DNA of 59,222 nt from Basidiobolus meristosporus CBS 931.73 (taxonomy: Eukaryota; Fungi; Basidiobolomycota), in assembly GCA_002104905.1 (NCBI GenBank), contig MCFE01000551.1:1-59222 (forward strand). Direction: 5' to 3'. Every line of letters begins with the position of its first letter. Position 1 is the stretch's first letter. A model generated the notes under the pieces. It was not told the DNA's origin. It saw only the letters and a program-made list of their open reading frames with translations, and searched no databases. Positions 48,078 to 59,222 of the stretch are shown in pieces. Both the position numbers and the translations under genes were made by a program.

Positions 48078-48321
48078 TGTTGTAAAAATTTGTAATTCCA
48101 CCTAAATATTCATCTAAATTAGTCACTTGGATCATTACCTACAAATCTGAGAGAATACTGACCAAACTCCTTGTTGGGATTTACTTAATAATCTTCTATA
48201 GGGTGAATACATAGAATAGGTTCAGGAAGGTCCCAAGAGCATTTGTTCAAAGTTTGAGGCTGTTTGGACAACTTTGAGAAAATTGCATGTTCTGGGTACC
48301 TGATATATTGGTGAAAGTATT
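48078..48321. repeat. Rearranged Copia LTR (terminal part inverted, followed by the middle part in the opposite orientation)
   Basis: 48078-48186 is the reverse complement of the LTR end; ~48209-48321 is the LTR middle in the same orientation as the other copies. Confidence 0.85.
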
Positions 48322-48480
48322 TTGTGATAATACCATCAAAAGACCATCAAAAATTTAAAGTCCCATGACTAAGAGGTATTGATCACATTGGGACATTGTG
48401 CAAAGACCATCAAAAAATAATTGCACCCCAGATTTCACAAAAAACTTGATCAAGATTTTTCATCACAACAATACAAAAGT
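48322..48480. repeat. CACTA-like subterminal repeats (GACCATCAAAA / TACCATCAAAA)
   Basis: Three copies here; related motifs at 54720-54840 downstream of CACTA copy B. Confidence 0.55.
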
Positions 48481-48499
48481 GGCTTTTGATTGGTTTTCT

Positions 48500-49900
48500 G
48501 CCATTTTCTTACTTTCTGATACCAGACACTCTATCACCTCCAATGTTTGTGTGCATTGATTGGCTATTGCCTCTTTTTCACACTCCTTGCTTCCTGACTT
48601 AGCTGTTTCTCTTACTTTTCATGCATACAATTGATTTATTTCTGTTGAAACTTCAGTAGTACCTCAATTGCCAATTTTATCAACCTGTACAAATCCCTAT
48701 ACCATACACTAACATTAAGCCCAACCCCACACTCAACAAGCACCTCCATCAAATTCCACCACTCAATAAGTATTTCTGCCATAACATTCTGTTTCCATGA
48801 CTTTTTGTCCTTGATAAATGCTGCTCTGATGCATCTGTTTTGGCCTGCTTGTCCCTTACTGGCACTCTGCAGGCAACATGGTGCTTTTTTCCTACTTGTT
48901 TTGAACTCTCAGCCCATGCTGTGAAAGGTGCCTGAGGTAGCCACTTGTCTTTATTACTGCCAGGCCCTTCACTGCTACGTTGACTGGGTGCATCTTGAGT
49001 GGAAGTATGCTCTTTCCTTGATAAATGTTGTGCTGATGCATCTGTGTCTGCCTATTTGTCCCTTATTGGGACTATTCCAGCTACTTGATGTCTCTTTGAT
49101 GCTTGTTTGGAGCTTTTGGCCCTGCCTGTAACAGGCTCTTGAGGAAGCCACTTGTTTTTATCCATTGCACCCTTGCTTTTATGCCTTTGATAGTTTCTGC
49201 TATTCTTGAGATACTTAGCATACCAATGCTGAACAAAAATCTGTTCAATAATTTGAGTCCAGGATAATGCTCATGGAGCAAGTCAAGCTCATGCTGCTTG
49301 ACCTTGAGTTCCTGATGGTCCCATGGTATGCTGGCCTTAAGGTGATGGCATGCCAGACTTCTAACAGCCTCTTGAATATTAGCCCACACTTCATAATTGA
49401 ACTCAATGGCTTCATGGATATTCAAGGTCTTTTGATTATTAGGCTTTGGTATAAGCACTGTGGCTTCTCCCTCCCATGCTATGATAGGTTCTTCTGTGGG
49501 TTTTACCTTTGGGCACTGCTGTTGTGCTTCAAAGACTGAATGGTGTTCCTCCACTGTTACATTGGGAAATGTCTCATTTCTTGGCTGAGATTTTGAGCTA
49601 ATTGAGTTCCCTCTTTGCAGTAAAAATACTGCTTTCTCAACCTGAAACATTGATTGCTCTACACATATTATCCACTAACCATGCTTCTGGAATATATCCT
49701 GATTTCTCTGGGCTATTGCATCTATCCGGTCAGCCACTGCACCTAATTGCCTCAGTAATGCTTTGGTATGAGCTGACAAAATTCTTCCTAATACAGGTGG
49801 TGGTGATGTTACAACAGCCACTTGCTGGTCTTCAACTGAAGGTACTGCTTTTGCTACATTCTAATCTACCTTAGTATTATGGTCAGCTTGTGACTCCAGA
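48500..49900 (-). pseudogene. Degenerate TE accessory ORF (possibly CACTA ORF2-like)
   Basis: 189-aa open segment (WANIQEAVRSLACHHL...WDHQ) in CpG-depleted DNA; identity is not established. Confidence 0.35.
48800..49190. repeat. Diverged ~207-bp tandem duplication (69 codons)
   Basis: CTTGATAAATG at 48810 and 49017; GCCACTTGT at 48940 and 49147. Confidence 0.75.
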
Positions 49901-51013
49901 GTGACTCCCAATTGCCTACTTTACAAGCCAAGCATTCTTCTGCTGCTATCAGTGGTGGGGTTTGGTTGGGAACCAGATAACTTTTCTTTATTTTTTGGCA
50001 GCATATATATGGAAGTGAGTCAAGCCAAAGGGGAAATGGAGTTACATATACATGTGTGTGTGGTGCCACAACTTTATTTATAATGCTTACTATGCCAGGC
50101 CATCATTGAGTCTTTTATTCATATAGGTGCAATGTCTCAAATACAAGACTGCCTTAAATTCACATGAGTATTGACAAAAAAACAATTTAATAGAGTTACA
50201 TTGTTAAGTGCCAAACTGTTTGCCCCATGGACAAGACTACTTTAATACAATGCTGCAAGAGAAGAGCAAAAAGACCATGTGGCTATTGTAGCAAGCCTCT
50301 CATCCTGTCATGATCACATGACAACCATGAACACCCATGCCAAGTTTCAGCTTCCTAGCTCAATTTCTAAGAGATTCCTTCTGGAACCTTCTACCACCTT
50401 CCAGAAAGTTCCTGACCATTCCAAACCATTGTTACACAATGGAACATTCCATGGAAGCTTTCCATCGTATTTTTTATAGTCCAGTACCATAAATGGAAAT
50501 ACCAGGTCACATGACTTAGTCACATGATCAGGTGACCCAATCCATTTCCCCATCCTGTCTCAGTGCCATGTCATCTATGTCATTATCCCCAGCACCATTG
50601 CTGTGCCTCACCCCACAACCCCATTAGTATTAGCTAATATCTCTTGGCATCAATATAGCCAAAAAGTATATATAGTCCTATCCCCCCTTAAGTATTCCTC
50701 AGTCTGATAAACACAGGTCTTGAATAAACAGCCTTGCCTTGAATCCTGCCTTGCCTTGATGGTCCACACCTAAGTCCTTTCCTGCCGTGCCTAGCTTTTC
50801 CTCCTGCCTTGTGTCTATTCATAACACATCCATGAAGCATGCAGAGAGCATAGGAAGTATTACAAGGATCACAACCAGTGTTTTGCCACACAAGTCATAC
50901 ATGACCATTCACCGGTCACTACCTTACCAATAATATCTTGCCAGCCACTTGATACTTCTATCACAGTACCTGGTCATACTTGTCACCTTGCACAAACTGA
51001 GGCAGGTGAGTTT

Positions 51014-51308
51014 GTGACACCTTCAGGCTCACCCCAGCCTTCTGAATATGGCATGCAGAGTGATAGCTCTGAAGAAGCAGGCTCACAAGCTATCAGTAAG
51101 CCTATCACCCCAAACAGCAGTACCCTGCATGAGCCTGGCAAAATCCCAATTTGCAATGAGACAACCCCTGTAGAAAAAAATTCCAAGGATACTTTATGGA
51201 GTCAAGTGAGCCCAGTTATCCATCTACTGGTGAATGATGTGATGTTGTGGCTAGAGAAGTGGCATGTTTCTGCTAATATCAGTAATGGGGGCTTTGAGGA
51301 TTTACTAC
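51014..51308 (+). mobile_element. Probable CACTA transposase N-terminal fragment
   Basis: LWLEKWHVSANISNGGFEDLL resembles the W...NIS...F..LL block of En/Spm Tnp2 N-termini; cut by the LTR at 51309. Confidence 0.55.
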
Positions 51309-53420
51309 TGCTGTAAGAGTCTTGGAGATATTGGAAGTGATTGGGAAGACAAGTAGATTATGTGGTTTTCACTTAATGATTTATTGAATGTAAAAGTAGT
51401 ATTTACACTTTTACATGATCTTTGCATAGCAAACTCATAGAATAGGTTAAGGAAGGTCCAAAGAACATGTGTGCAAAGTTTGGGGTTGTTTGGACAACTT
51501 TGAGAATTCTCATGCTCTGGGTGCCCGGTATTTTGGTGAAAATATTCCAAGTAAATCCCAACTAGGAATTTGGTCAGCATTCTCTAGAATCTGAGGGTAA
51601 TGACTTAAGTGACTATGCTAGGTGAATATTTAGGTGGAATTACAAATTTTTACAACACTCCCACTCAGCTAAATGTTCACACTGACTAGTCCTAGTTTTG
51701 ACCTAAGATATTCAAACTTGTCTCTAGCTAATGGTCTGGTAAATATGTCTGCAATCATTTCATCTGTAGGACAGTAAGCTAAGCCAACTAAGTAATTCTC
51801 TATAGCTTCATGTATGAAATGATGTTAAATATCTATGTGCTTGGTTTCAGCATGAAAAGTTGGATTTCTACCTAATTATATACATCCTTGATTATCATGA
51901 AATAAAGTAATAGGCGTTTTTTGACATAGGCCTAAATCTGTAAAAAGCTTTCTTAGCCACATTGCTTCTTTTGTAGCCTCACAGGCTGCCATATACTCTG
52001 CCCATGTGGTAGAAAGTGCTACAGTTGGTTGCTTTCTTGAGTTCCATGAAATTGCCACTTTGCAGTAAAGAAAGGTGTATCCTGTGGTGGATCTTCTGTC
52101 TTCCAAGTTCTGTCCCCAATCAGCATCAGAGTATCCCACAAGATCCAGCTCTGAATCCTTATAAGTGTATTTTAAGCAGATATCAGCAGCTCCTTTTAGG
52201 TATCTAAAAATCTGCTTAACTGCTGCAATATGATCAGATCCATAGTTCTAATTATGCTGGCTGACAATTCCCACCAAACATGAGATATCAGGATGTGTTC
52301 CAAGCATGATATACATCAGACTGCCGATCATAGACTGATAAGGAAAGTCAGGGCTTTCAGATGGCACCAAGCTCTCTTGATTTGGTTGAGTTTTGACTAA
52401 GTTAAGGTTTGTCTCCAATGGGGTAGCTGCCAGTTTACACTCTTCCATTTTGTACTTCTTTAGTATATCTTAAATATACTTGGATTGGCTTGGGGTAATA
52501 GTCTGGGTACTTCTGTCTATGGAGAACTTAATCCCTAAGTAGTAACTAAGTTCTCCTAGATCAGACATCTTGAACTTCTTAGATAGGCTGGATTTAGTCT
52601 CTTCCAATGTTTCTAGGTTATTGGTGGCTATAATAGATCATCCACATATAGGGCTAATAGAATTGGATTTGCTCTATCTGGCATATAGTATATACTATAG
52701 TCAGCATTACTCCTTTTGAAACTCAAAGATTCCAAATAAGAGTCTATCTTGCAATACCAGGCTCTTGGTGATTGTTTGAGACCATATAGTGCCTTTTTAA
52801 GCATGCAGACCAAATGAGGTTATCTTGGTCAGCAAACCCATCAGGCTGGTCCATATACATGTCCTCATCAAGTTCTCCATTCAAAAATGCAGCTTTTACA
52901 CCCATTTGATGAATAAAAAACTTATATTTGGCTGCAATAGCCAATATTAATCTGATGGAATCAAACTTGGCTACCAGTGCAAAGGTCTCAGTATAGTCAA
53001 GTCCATTTGTCTGAGAGTATTCATTGGCCACAAGTCTTGCTTTATATCTTTCATTTGTACCATCAGCCTTGTATTTTGTCTTAACAACCCATCTGTATCC
53101 AATTGATTTTTACTGATTGGTAATTTGACCAAGTGTCCAGTTTTATTTATCATTAAGGCCTGATATTCCTCTGTCATTGCAGATCTCCAAAACTTTGCCT
53201 GAGGGCTGCCTAGGGCCTCTTTTCCAGTTTGGGGCTCATCAATATGAGCTGAATAGGCATAGGCTAAGTTTGTACCCTCATTATATAGTAATTGAACTAT
53301 TTCTTGTCCAGTTGGATCTCCAGGCATTTGAAATTGGCATGATCACTTCTGGGATATTCCTGGGCACTGCTTCAGGCTGAACCACTCTGCTGGAGTGAAA
53401 AAATCTTATTGTTTTGCACT
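51309..53420 (-). mobile_element. Copia 3' half: RT + RNase H + PPT + 3' LTR (51309-51657), 5'-truncated
   Basis: QTNGLDYTETFALVAK, LKKALYGLKQSPRAWY, LYVDD, GYSDADWG...RRSTTGY...ISWNSRKQPTVALST..AEY; many stops. Confidence 0.96.
51658..51668 (-). promoter_or_regulatory. Polypurine tract (CTGAGTGGGAG) abutting the 3' LTR
   Basis: Identical tract at 58737-58747 next to the LTR at 58386-58736. Confidence 0.8.
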
Positions 53421-53439
53421 GATCCAATCCTGACATTTA

Positions 53440-54870
53440 AGCTAAATGAGCCTTTTGAGATACCCAAGAAATTTTAAAGAATTGGCAAGATAATACAGAG
53501 TAACTGCTACCCTAAGTACTTCTCACAAGCTCCAATCAATATTTATACACATATGCAACAATATAAATGCAAAGACTGGATGAACTGGATATGTATTTAT
53601 TCAAGTGGTGTTCTGAAGCCATTCCTACCAAGAGTACATTGGAAGCAATGGGAGTCATATGTGGACATTGTAGGAATATTTATCCAGAAGCAGATTGCCA
53701 ACATCAACTTGACACATCTACAGCTGTTGTGTGAGGAGTTTGCAACAGGATTTGAGCAGCTATACCACAAACATAAAGCTGAATGTGTAGATCTCTGCCG
53801 CTACTATATCCATTCACTACTCCATCTTGCATGGTGTGTGGAGAATATTGGGCCTTGCTTCACCTTTTAGGAGTTTCCTATGGAGTGGATGTGTGGGGAA
53901 ATAGGAAGATAAGTCAAGTTGCAGGTACTACCATATCCCAATCTCATCAAGAATATTACATTCAAGTCCATAATGGATGTGATGAGTTGGCACATGTAGG
54001 ACAGCCAGCAAGAGTTGGAAAATACTGAGGACAAATGTGCACATGGAGACACCTGTGCCTATGGATTAGGAAGCCAAGGAGCCCCAATGCATTGGTAATC
54101 AGTTAAGTAATGCAAAGTTGGATTGGGTGCAACAAGCAACTGATTTTTATCAGGAAAACTCTACCAAGAAATGCCAGATTTCTCATGGTGGCAAACCAAC
54201 TTCTACACCATTCAATACGGAATTCACACAAGCAAAAGCCAGAGCACACCAATAAGGGAGACTAGAATCCAGCAGGGTGATGGAATATATTGGTTAAATA
54301 CCAAGAAGTTCTTTGCGGATATTCAGGAGGTATTCATGGCAGAAGTGGCAACAACCAAGCATATGTTTGCAAGATGTATATATTATCAGCAGTACAGGAC
54401 ATATGGAAACTTTGCAAGTATCACACTAAGAAGCCATAAAGTTGAGGTGATAGAAATATTTCAATTGCAGCAAGTGTGTGTATTTATAGAGGTTAGTAAG
54501 CAGGAGGCCAAAGTTTTTGTTGATTTGAGCTATATGTGGAATACTCAAGTTATAGTGGGTAAGCAAATAAAGAAAGGTGATTCTACAGTGGAATTTATGA
54601 ATTGCACAAGGGGAGGTAGAAAAAGGGAATGCCATTTGGTAAACTGGTATGGCAGCATCATACAGAACCAGCAGTAGGCCATCATAATTCCAATATAATG
54701 CCATCAGAGTCTTGCTGTGAGGCCATCAAAATACCGTCAAGTTTCTTGCCATATAATGCATTGGATGTCCTGGCCAACTGGATCCACTTAAAATAGTTAT
54801 AGAGTGCTGAAAGACCGCAATAATACCATGCAAATATTGTCAAAGTACTGATAAAATATTGTCAAGTCTT
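53440..54870 (+). mobile_element. CACTA (En/Spm, Tnp2-like) transposase C-terminal half plus subterminal region, copy B
   Basis: YFSQAPINIYTHMQQYKCKDWMNWICIYS...FEQLYH...IHSLLHL...IGP...FPMEWMCG...PYPNL; degenerate. Confidence 0.8.
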
Positions 54871-56330
54871 ATCCCTTTATTTGGTTGTAAAATTAGCAAA
54901 ACACCATCATGATTTTGTCATAAGATTGTTAGGAGGGTCACTAATTCTAAGCTGCTGCTGTTATGATGATCTCTAAACAGGATCTTGATGGCTGATCCAG
55001 ATTGGATGCACCCAAAAGACCAAATTATTTGTCATAGGGGCTGTTGCTTGCAGTCTGTATTATTCCGCTTGAAGCTCACCCTCTGGTTCCTCAAGGTATT
55101 CACCTACCCTCTGTCTGATACTTTGTCACTGTTGCCTGGATGAGTCCTGTGTATATTGCTCTTGGAAGCCACTTAGCTCTACTAATATATCACATAATGC
55201 ATTGGTCATTTGAGGCAAAAACTCATTCAAATCTCTTTGATTCCCAAAGTTGAGGCACAAACGGATGTGTCTGGCCTGTACTATGTAAATTGCATGCAAA
55301 ATCATTTCCATGCAGCTTCTTCTTCAAATCTCCTCACTTGCAGCTCATCCTTGATTTCAATACTTGTCTTCTTATATATCTTCTTATGTATATCTACTGG
55401 CATCTTGATGTAGAACTCATGCCACAGCTCTCTACTCAGGTTCTTCCATATCTGTCAGCTGTCAGAGGTATCAAGTTCTGCTAGATTAATGAGTAGTGCC
55501 CAAATATCTGTATGAAGGCTCATTGTAGACACTTGAGCCTTACTAAAATCATTTGGCAGGGACTCAAATGGATCCAACATTGACTTCCCCAGTCTGGGCT
55601 GTGCTTGTGAGCTGGGGGATGGGTTTTGTATGGGTTCAACTAAAGATAAGTTGAGACTTGATATAGGGAACATAGTGACAGCATTGGATACTTATACAGT
55701 ACTGTATTGGCATCAGCCTGATCTTATATGAAATATATATGAAAACCAATGTGATTGTTGAGTTCTCCATATATTATGCATGATGCATCTTGGATTGCAT
55801 TGACACAGATTGGATCCCATCAATTGCAGATTTCCTATTTGCTTATAGACTTGGGAGTAAAGCATCAATAAAAATACCAGGTCATTGTTTGAGAATGATT
55901 CTTGCAACATCATGATGGGATACATGGCAATAGATGGAGATTTAATCATAATGCATATAAAATCAGATAAATATAGTAGATAGCACCAAGTGAAATCAAT
56001 ATGCCTCAGCCCAATCATCAACCAATTTTGATATGACTTACTGATCTGAATGGTCTTCTCTCATCAATCCCATCACTATCACTGGATTTCCTGTTGACAC
56101 AGTGGAGGAGATCTATACCAAGTACTGTGGACCTTCTACCCCAATCTACTCAAGAGGATCCCTTGTTAAGCTTCTCTGCTATTAGACAAACTATTGCCCC
56201 ACAAGGTTTCATCCCACCATCCATGCCAACAAAAGTCCTAGAAGCTTTCAATCCCAGCTGACAGCAATGGCAAACCACCTTGCAGAGGGTATGAATGATG
56301 TAGAGCAAGCTTAGAGTACTAGGTTCAGAA

Positions 56331-56840
56331 GCTCCATTAGACTTCCATATCCCAGAGTGTTCAGCAACAGGTTCACATAAGGAGTATTTTGGATACCTTC
56401 CCAGTCAGGATTAACAGACCTTCTATAGGGCAGAGGCACTTTTATTCTGGCAAGTACAAGGCATACTGTGTGAAGTTTCAAATACTGTCTGACATAGAGG
56501 GCTCCAATGAATTCCATATCCAAGAGTGTTCAGCAACAGGTTCCATATAAGGAGTATTTTGGATACCTTCCCAGTCAGGATTAACAGACCTTCTAGAGGG
56601 CAGAGGCACTTTTATTCTGGCAAGTACAAGGCATACTGTGTGAAGTTTCAAATACTGTCTGACATAGAGGGCTCCAATGAATTCCATATCCAAGAGTGTT
56701 CAGCAACAGGTTCCATATAAGGAGTATTTTGGATACCTTCCCAGTCAGGATTAACAGACCTTCTAGAGGGCAGAGGCACTTTTATTCTGGCAAGTACAAG
56801 GTACACTGTGTGAAGTTTCAAGCACTGTCTGACATTGAGG
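56331..56840. repeat. 170-bp x3 tandem array inside the transposase
   Basis: Units start at 56331, 56501 and 56671; 56427-56631 is identical to 56597-56801. Confidence 0.97.
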
Positions 56841-57256
56841 GTAACATCATCTGGTTTAGTGGGCCATTTGCTTGAAGTAGGGATGACTAAGCACCCTGGG
56901 TAGAGAAATATCCAGAATTCAGTAGCAGGGAGAAAGGTATGGCAGACTTAGCTTATATATGAGAGGATTGTCAGAGATTAGGATGCATTACAGCTTATAG
57001 GAAGCCAAGGAATGGTATGCCTAGTAGGAAGCAGCAGCTCAATAATGAGAAATGTAATCATTTCAGAGTGAGGGTAGAGCATACATTTGAATATCTGAAG
57101 AGATTCAGCATGTTGACTGATAAAGTCAGAGGAAAGTCATATATAGGGGAAAACAGCAGAATAGGTAAAATAGTTGATATACTTATCAGTGCACAGTATA
57201 TTGATACAAGAAGACATACACCAATAGAAATGTGTCTGGAGCATTATGAAGAGTAA
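56331..57256 (+). mobile_element. Degenerate PIF/Harbinger/ISL2EU-type (DDE_Tnp_4) transposase
   Basis: DTFPVRINRP...QRHFYSGKYK.YCVKFQ.L.D..G.I, DLAY, RVRVEHTFEYLKRF. Confidence 0.85.
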
Positions 57257-57491
57257 ATAAAGCAAGGAAAGCACTATTCTGAGCAACATAAGTAAGATTA
57301 AATAAATTACTAGTAACTATATCCTACCACTGGCATTATGGTAGAAATTATAGTGCCAGATGGTGCTGTAGAGTGTCATATTGATCTGGCTCTATAAACA
57401 GGCCGGCACTTTGTGGCACTCTCCAATGGAACAAGTCTATAGATTATATGGTCTTCATTAATGACTTCTTGTATGCAAGAGCAGTGTTAGA

Positions 57492-57741
57492 ACTTTTACA
57501 TTGTCTTGACATAAAGAGCACATAGAATATGTTTAAGAAGACCCCAAGAGCATATGTGCAAAGTTTGGGGCTGTTTGGACAACATTGAGGATTCTCATGT
57601 ACTGAGTACCCAATACTTTGTTGAGGATATTCTAAGTAAGTCCCAACAAGAATATTTGTCAGTATTCTCTGAGATTTGTAGGTTATGATATAAGTGACTA
57701 AGCTAGGTCATATTTAGGTGGAATTACAAATTTTTACAACA
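57492..57741 (-). repeat. Partial Copia LTR
   Basis: Aligns with the other LTR copies and ends TACAACA at 57741; no adjoining PPT. Confidence 0.85.
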
Positions 57742-57789
57742 ATCTGACTAGCTAAAGTACAAACATAGAGATTAATGCATAATTCTCTG

Positions 57790-58385
57790 CCACTAATGTA
57801 TCCTTCCTCTACTCCATCTTGCTTGGTGTATTGAGAGTAGTGGGCCTTGCTTCACCTTTTGAGATTTTCATATGGAGCAGATGTGTGGGGAGATAGGAAG
57901 ACAAGTCAAGTTGCAGGTACTACATATCCCAATCTCACAAAGAATATTACCCTCAAGTCTGTCATGGATGTGATGAGTTGGCACATGGAGGACAGCCAGG
58001 AAAAGTTGGAAAATATAGAGGACCAAGGGCACATATAGACACCTATGACTATGGCATTATGAAGCAAAGTAGCCCCAATGCATGGGTAATCAGTTTAGTA
58101 ATACAGAGTTGGGTTGGGTGCAACAAGCAACTAATTTTTATTGGGAAAGCTCTACCAAGGTATGCTGGATCTCTCTTGGTCATAAGCCAATTTCTACAGC
58201 ATGAAGAATAGAATTCACACAAACAAGAGCCAAAGCACTCCCATAAGGGGGACTAGAATCCAGCAGGGAGAAGGATATGTTATCTAAAGACCAAAAGGTT
58301 CTTTATGGATATTCAGGAGGTATTCATAGCAGAAGTAGCAGGAACCAAGCGTATGTTTGCAAGATGTATATGTTACCAGTAATAC
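57790..58385 (+). mobile_element. CACTA transposase C-terminal fragment, copy C
   Basis: Co-linear with ~53815-54395; interrupted by the LTR at 58386. Confidence 0.8.
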
Positions 58386-59222
58386 TGTTGTAAGAGTCTT
58401 GGAGATAATTGAAGTGATTGGGAGTATAAGTATATTATGTGGTTTTCACTTAATGAATTATTGAATGTAAAAGTAGTATATATACTTTTACATGGTCTTA
58501 GCAAAGGAAGCATGTAGAATAGGTTAAGGAAGGTCCCAAGAACATGTGTGTTAAGTTTAGGGCTGTTTGGACAACTTTGAGAATTTTCAAGTTCTGGGTA
58601 CCTGGTATTTTGGTGCAAAAAAATTCCAAGTAAATCCCAACAAGGAATTAGGTCAGTATTCTCTAGGATTTGAAGGTAAAGATTTAAGTGACCATGTTAG
58701 GTGAATATTTAAGTGGAATTACAAACTCTTACAACACTCCCACTCAGCTAAATGTTCATACCAACTAGTCCTAATTTTGACCTAAGATATTCAAGCTTGT
58801 CTCTAGCTGATGGTTTGGTACATATGTCTGCAATCATTTCATCTGAAGGGCAGTAAACTAAGCTAAGTAAGTTACTCTCTATAGCTTCACGTACAAAATG
58901 ATGTGTAATATCTATGTGCTTAGTTCTAGCATCGAAAAGTTGGATTTCTACCTAATTATATACATCCTTGATGATCTTGAAATAAAGTAATAGGCATTTT
59001 TTGACATAGGCCTAAATCTGTAAAAAGCTTTCTTAACCACATTGCTTCTTTTGTAGCTTCACAGGCTACCATATACACTACCTCTGTGGTAGAAAGTGCT
59101 ATGGTAGGTTACTTTCTTGAACTTGATGAAATTGCTCCTTGACAGTAAGGAAAAGTGTATCCTGTGGTGGATCTTCTGACTTCCAAGTTCTGTCCCCAAT
59201 CAGCATCAGAGTATCCCACAAG
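58386..59222 (-). mobile_element. Copia 3' LTR (58386-58736) + PPT + RNase H, continuing beyond the window
   Basis: Co-linear with 51309-52142. Confidence 0.93.

Larger units (their letters stand above)
47536..57393 (+). mobile_element. Putative Harbinger/ISL2EU-type host element bounded by 10-bp TIRs and an AT duplication, filled with nested insertions
   Basis: AT|AGAGCCAGAT at 47534-47545 and ATCTGGCTCT|AT at 57384-57395; the DDE_Tnp_4-type transposase ends ~140 bp inside the right TIR. Confidence 0.4.

Noticed and set aside
56331-56840. CRISPR-like array
   Set aside because: No unique spacers, the unit is transposase coding sequence, and the context is eukaryotic.

Overview
Eukaryotic, fungal-type genomic DNA, with ~55-70 bp GT-AG introns and no prokaryotic signatures. 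A compact, TE-free island of about 18 genes (~10.9-46.3 kb) is flanked by nested, degenerate transposons (1-4 kb, 7.9-9.7 kb, 47.1-59.2 kb). Those repeat blocks are almost devoid of CpG, while the genes keep it. Genes: DHA2 MFS transporter, isocyanide-hydratase-like DJ-1/PfpI protein, SNC1, SDS3, SAAL1-like, TTC9-like TPR, INO1, a FAM104/VCF-like protein, a small secreted peptide precursor, ACOT9-like thioesterase, CCH1 (EEEE pore, one frameshift), mitochondrial RlmN-like radical SAM methyltransferase, RRN6, CENP-K, VPH1, SPOUT1, AHP1-like peroxiredoxin and three uncharacterised membrane proteins. TEs: six copies of one Copia LTR family (with gag, RT and RNaseH fragments), a LINE RT fragment, CACTA transposase fragments, and a Harbinger/ISL2EU-type transposase with a 170-bp triplication. 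Gene content (EEEE Cch1, RlmN, SAAL1) points to an early-diverging, non-Dikarya fungus; an entomophthoralean origin is only a guess. Best leads: a two-motif VCF-like candidate Cdc48 cofactor, a candidalysin-like amphipathic propeptide, a fungal mitochondrial RlmN, CpG-specific repeat mutagenesis, and a recurrent inversion site inside the LTR. All family assignments come from motif recognition by eye; no searches were run.
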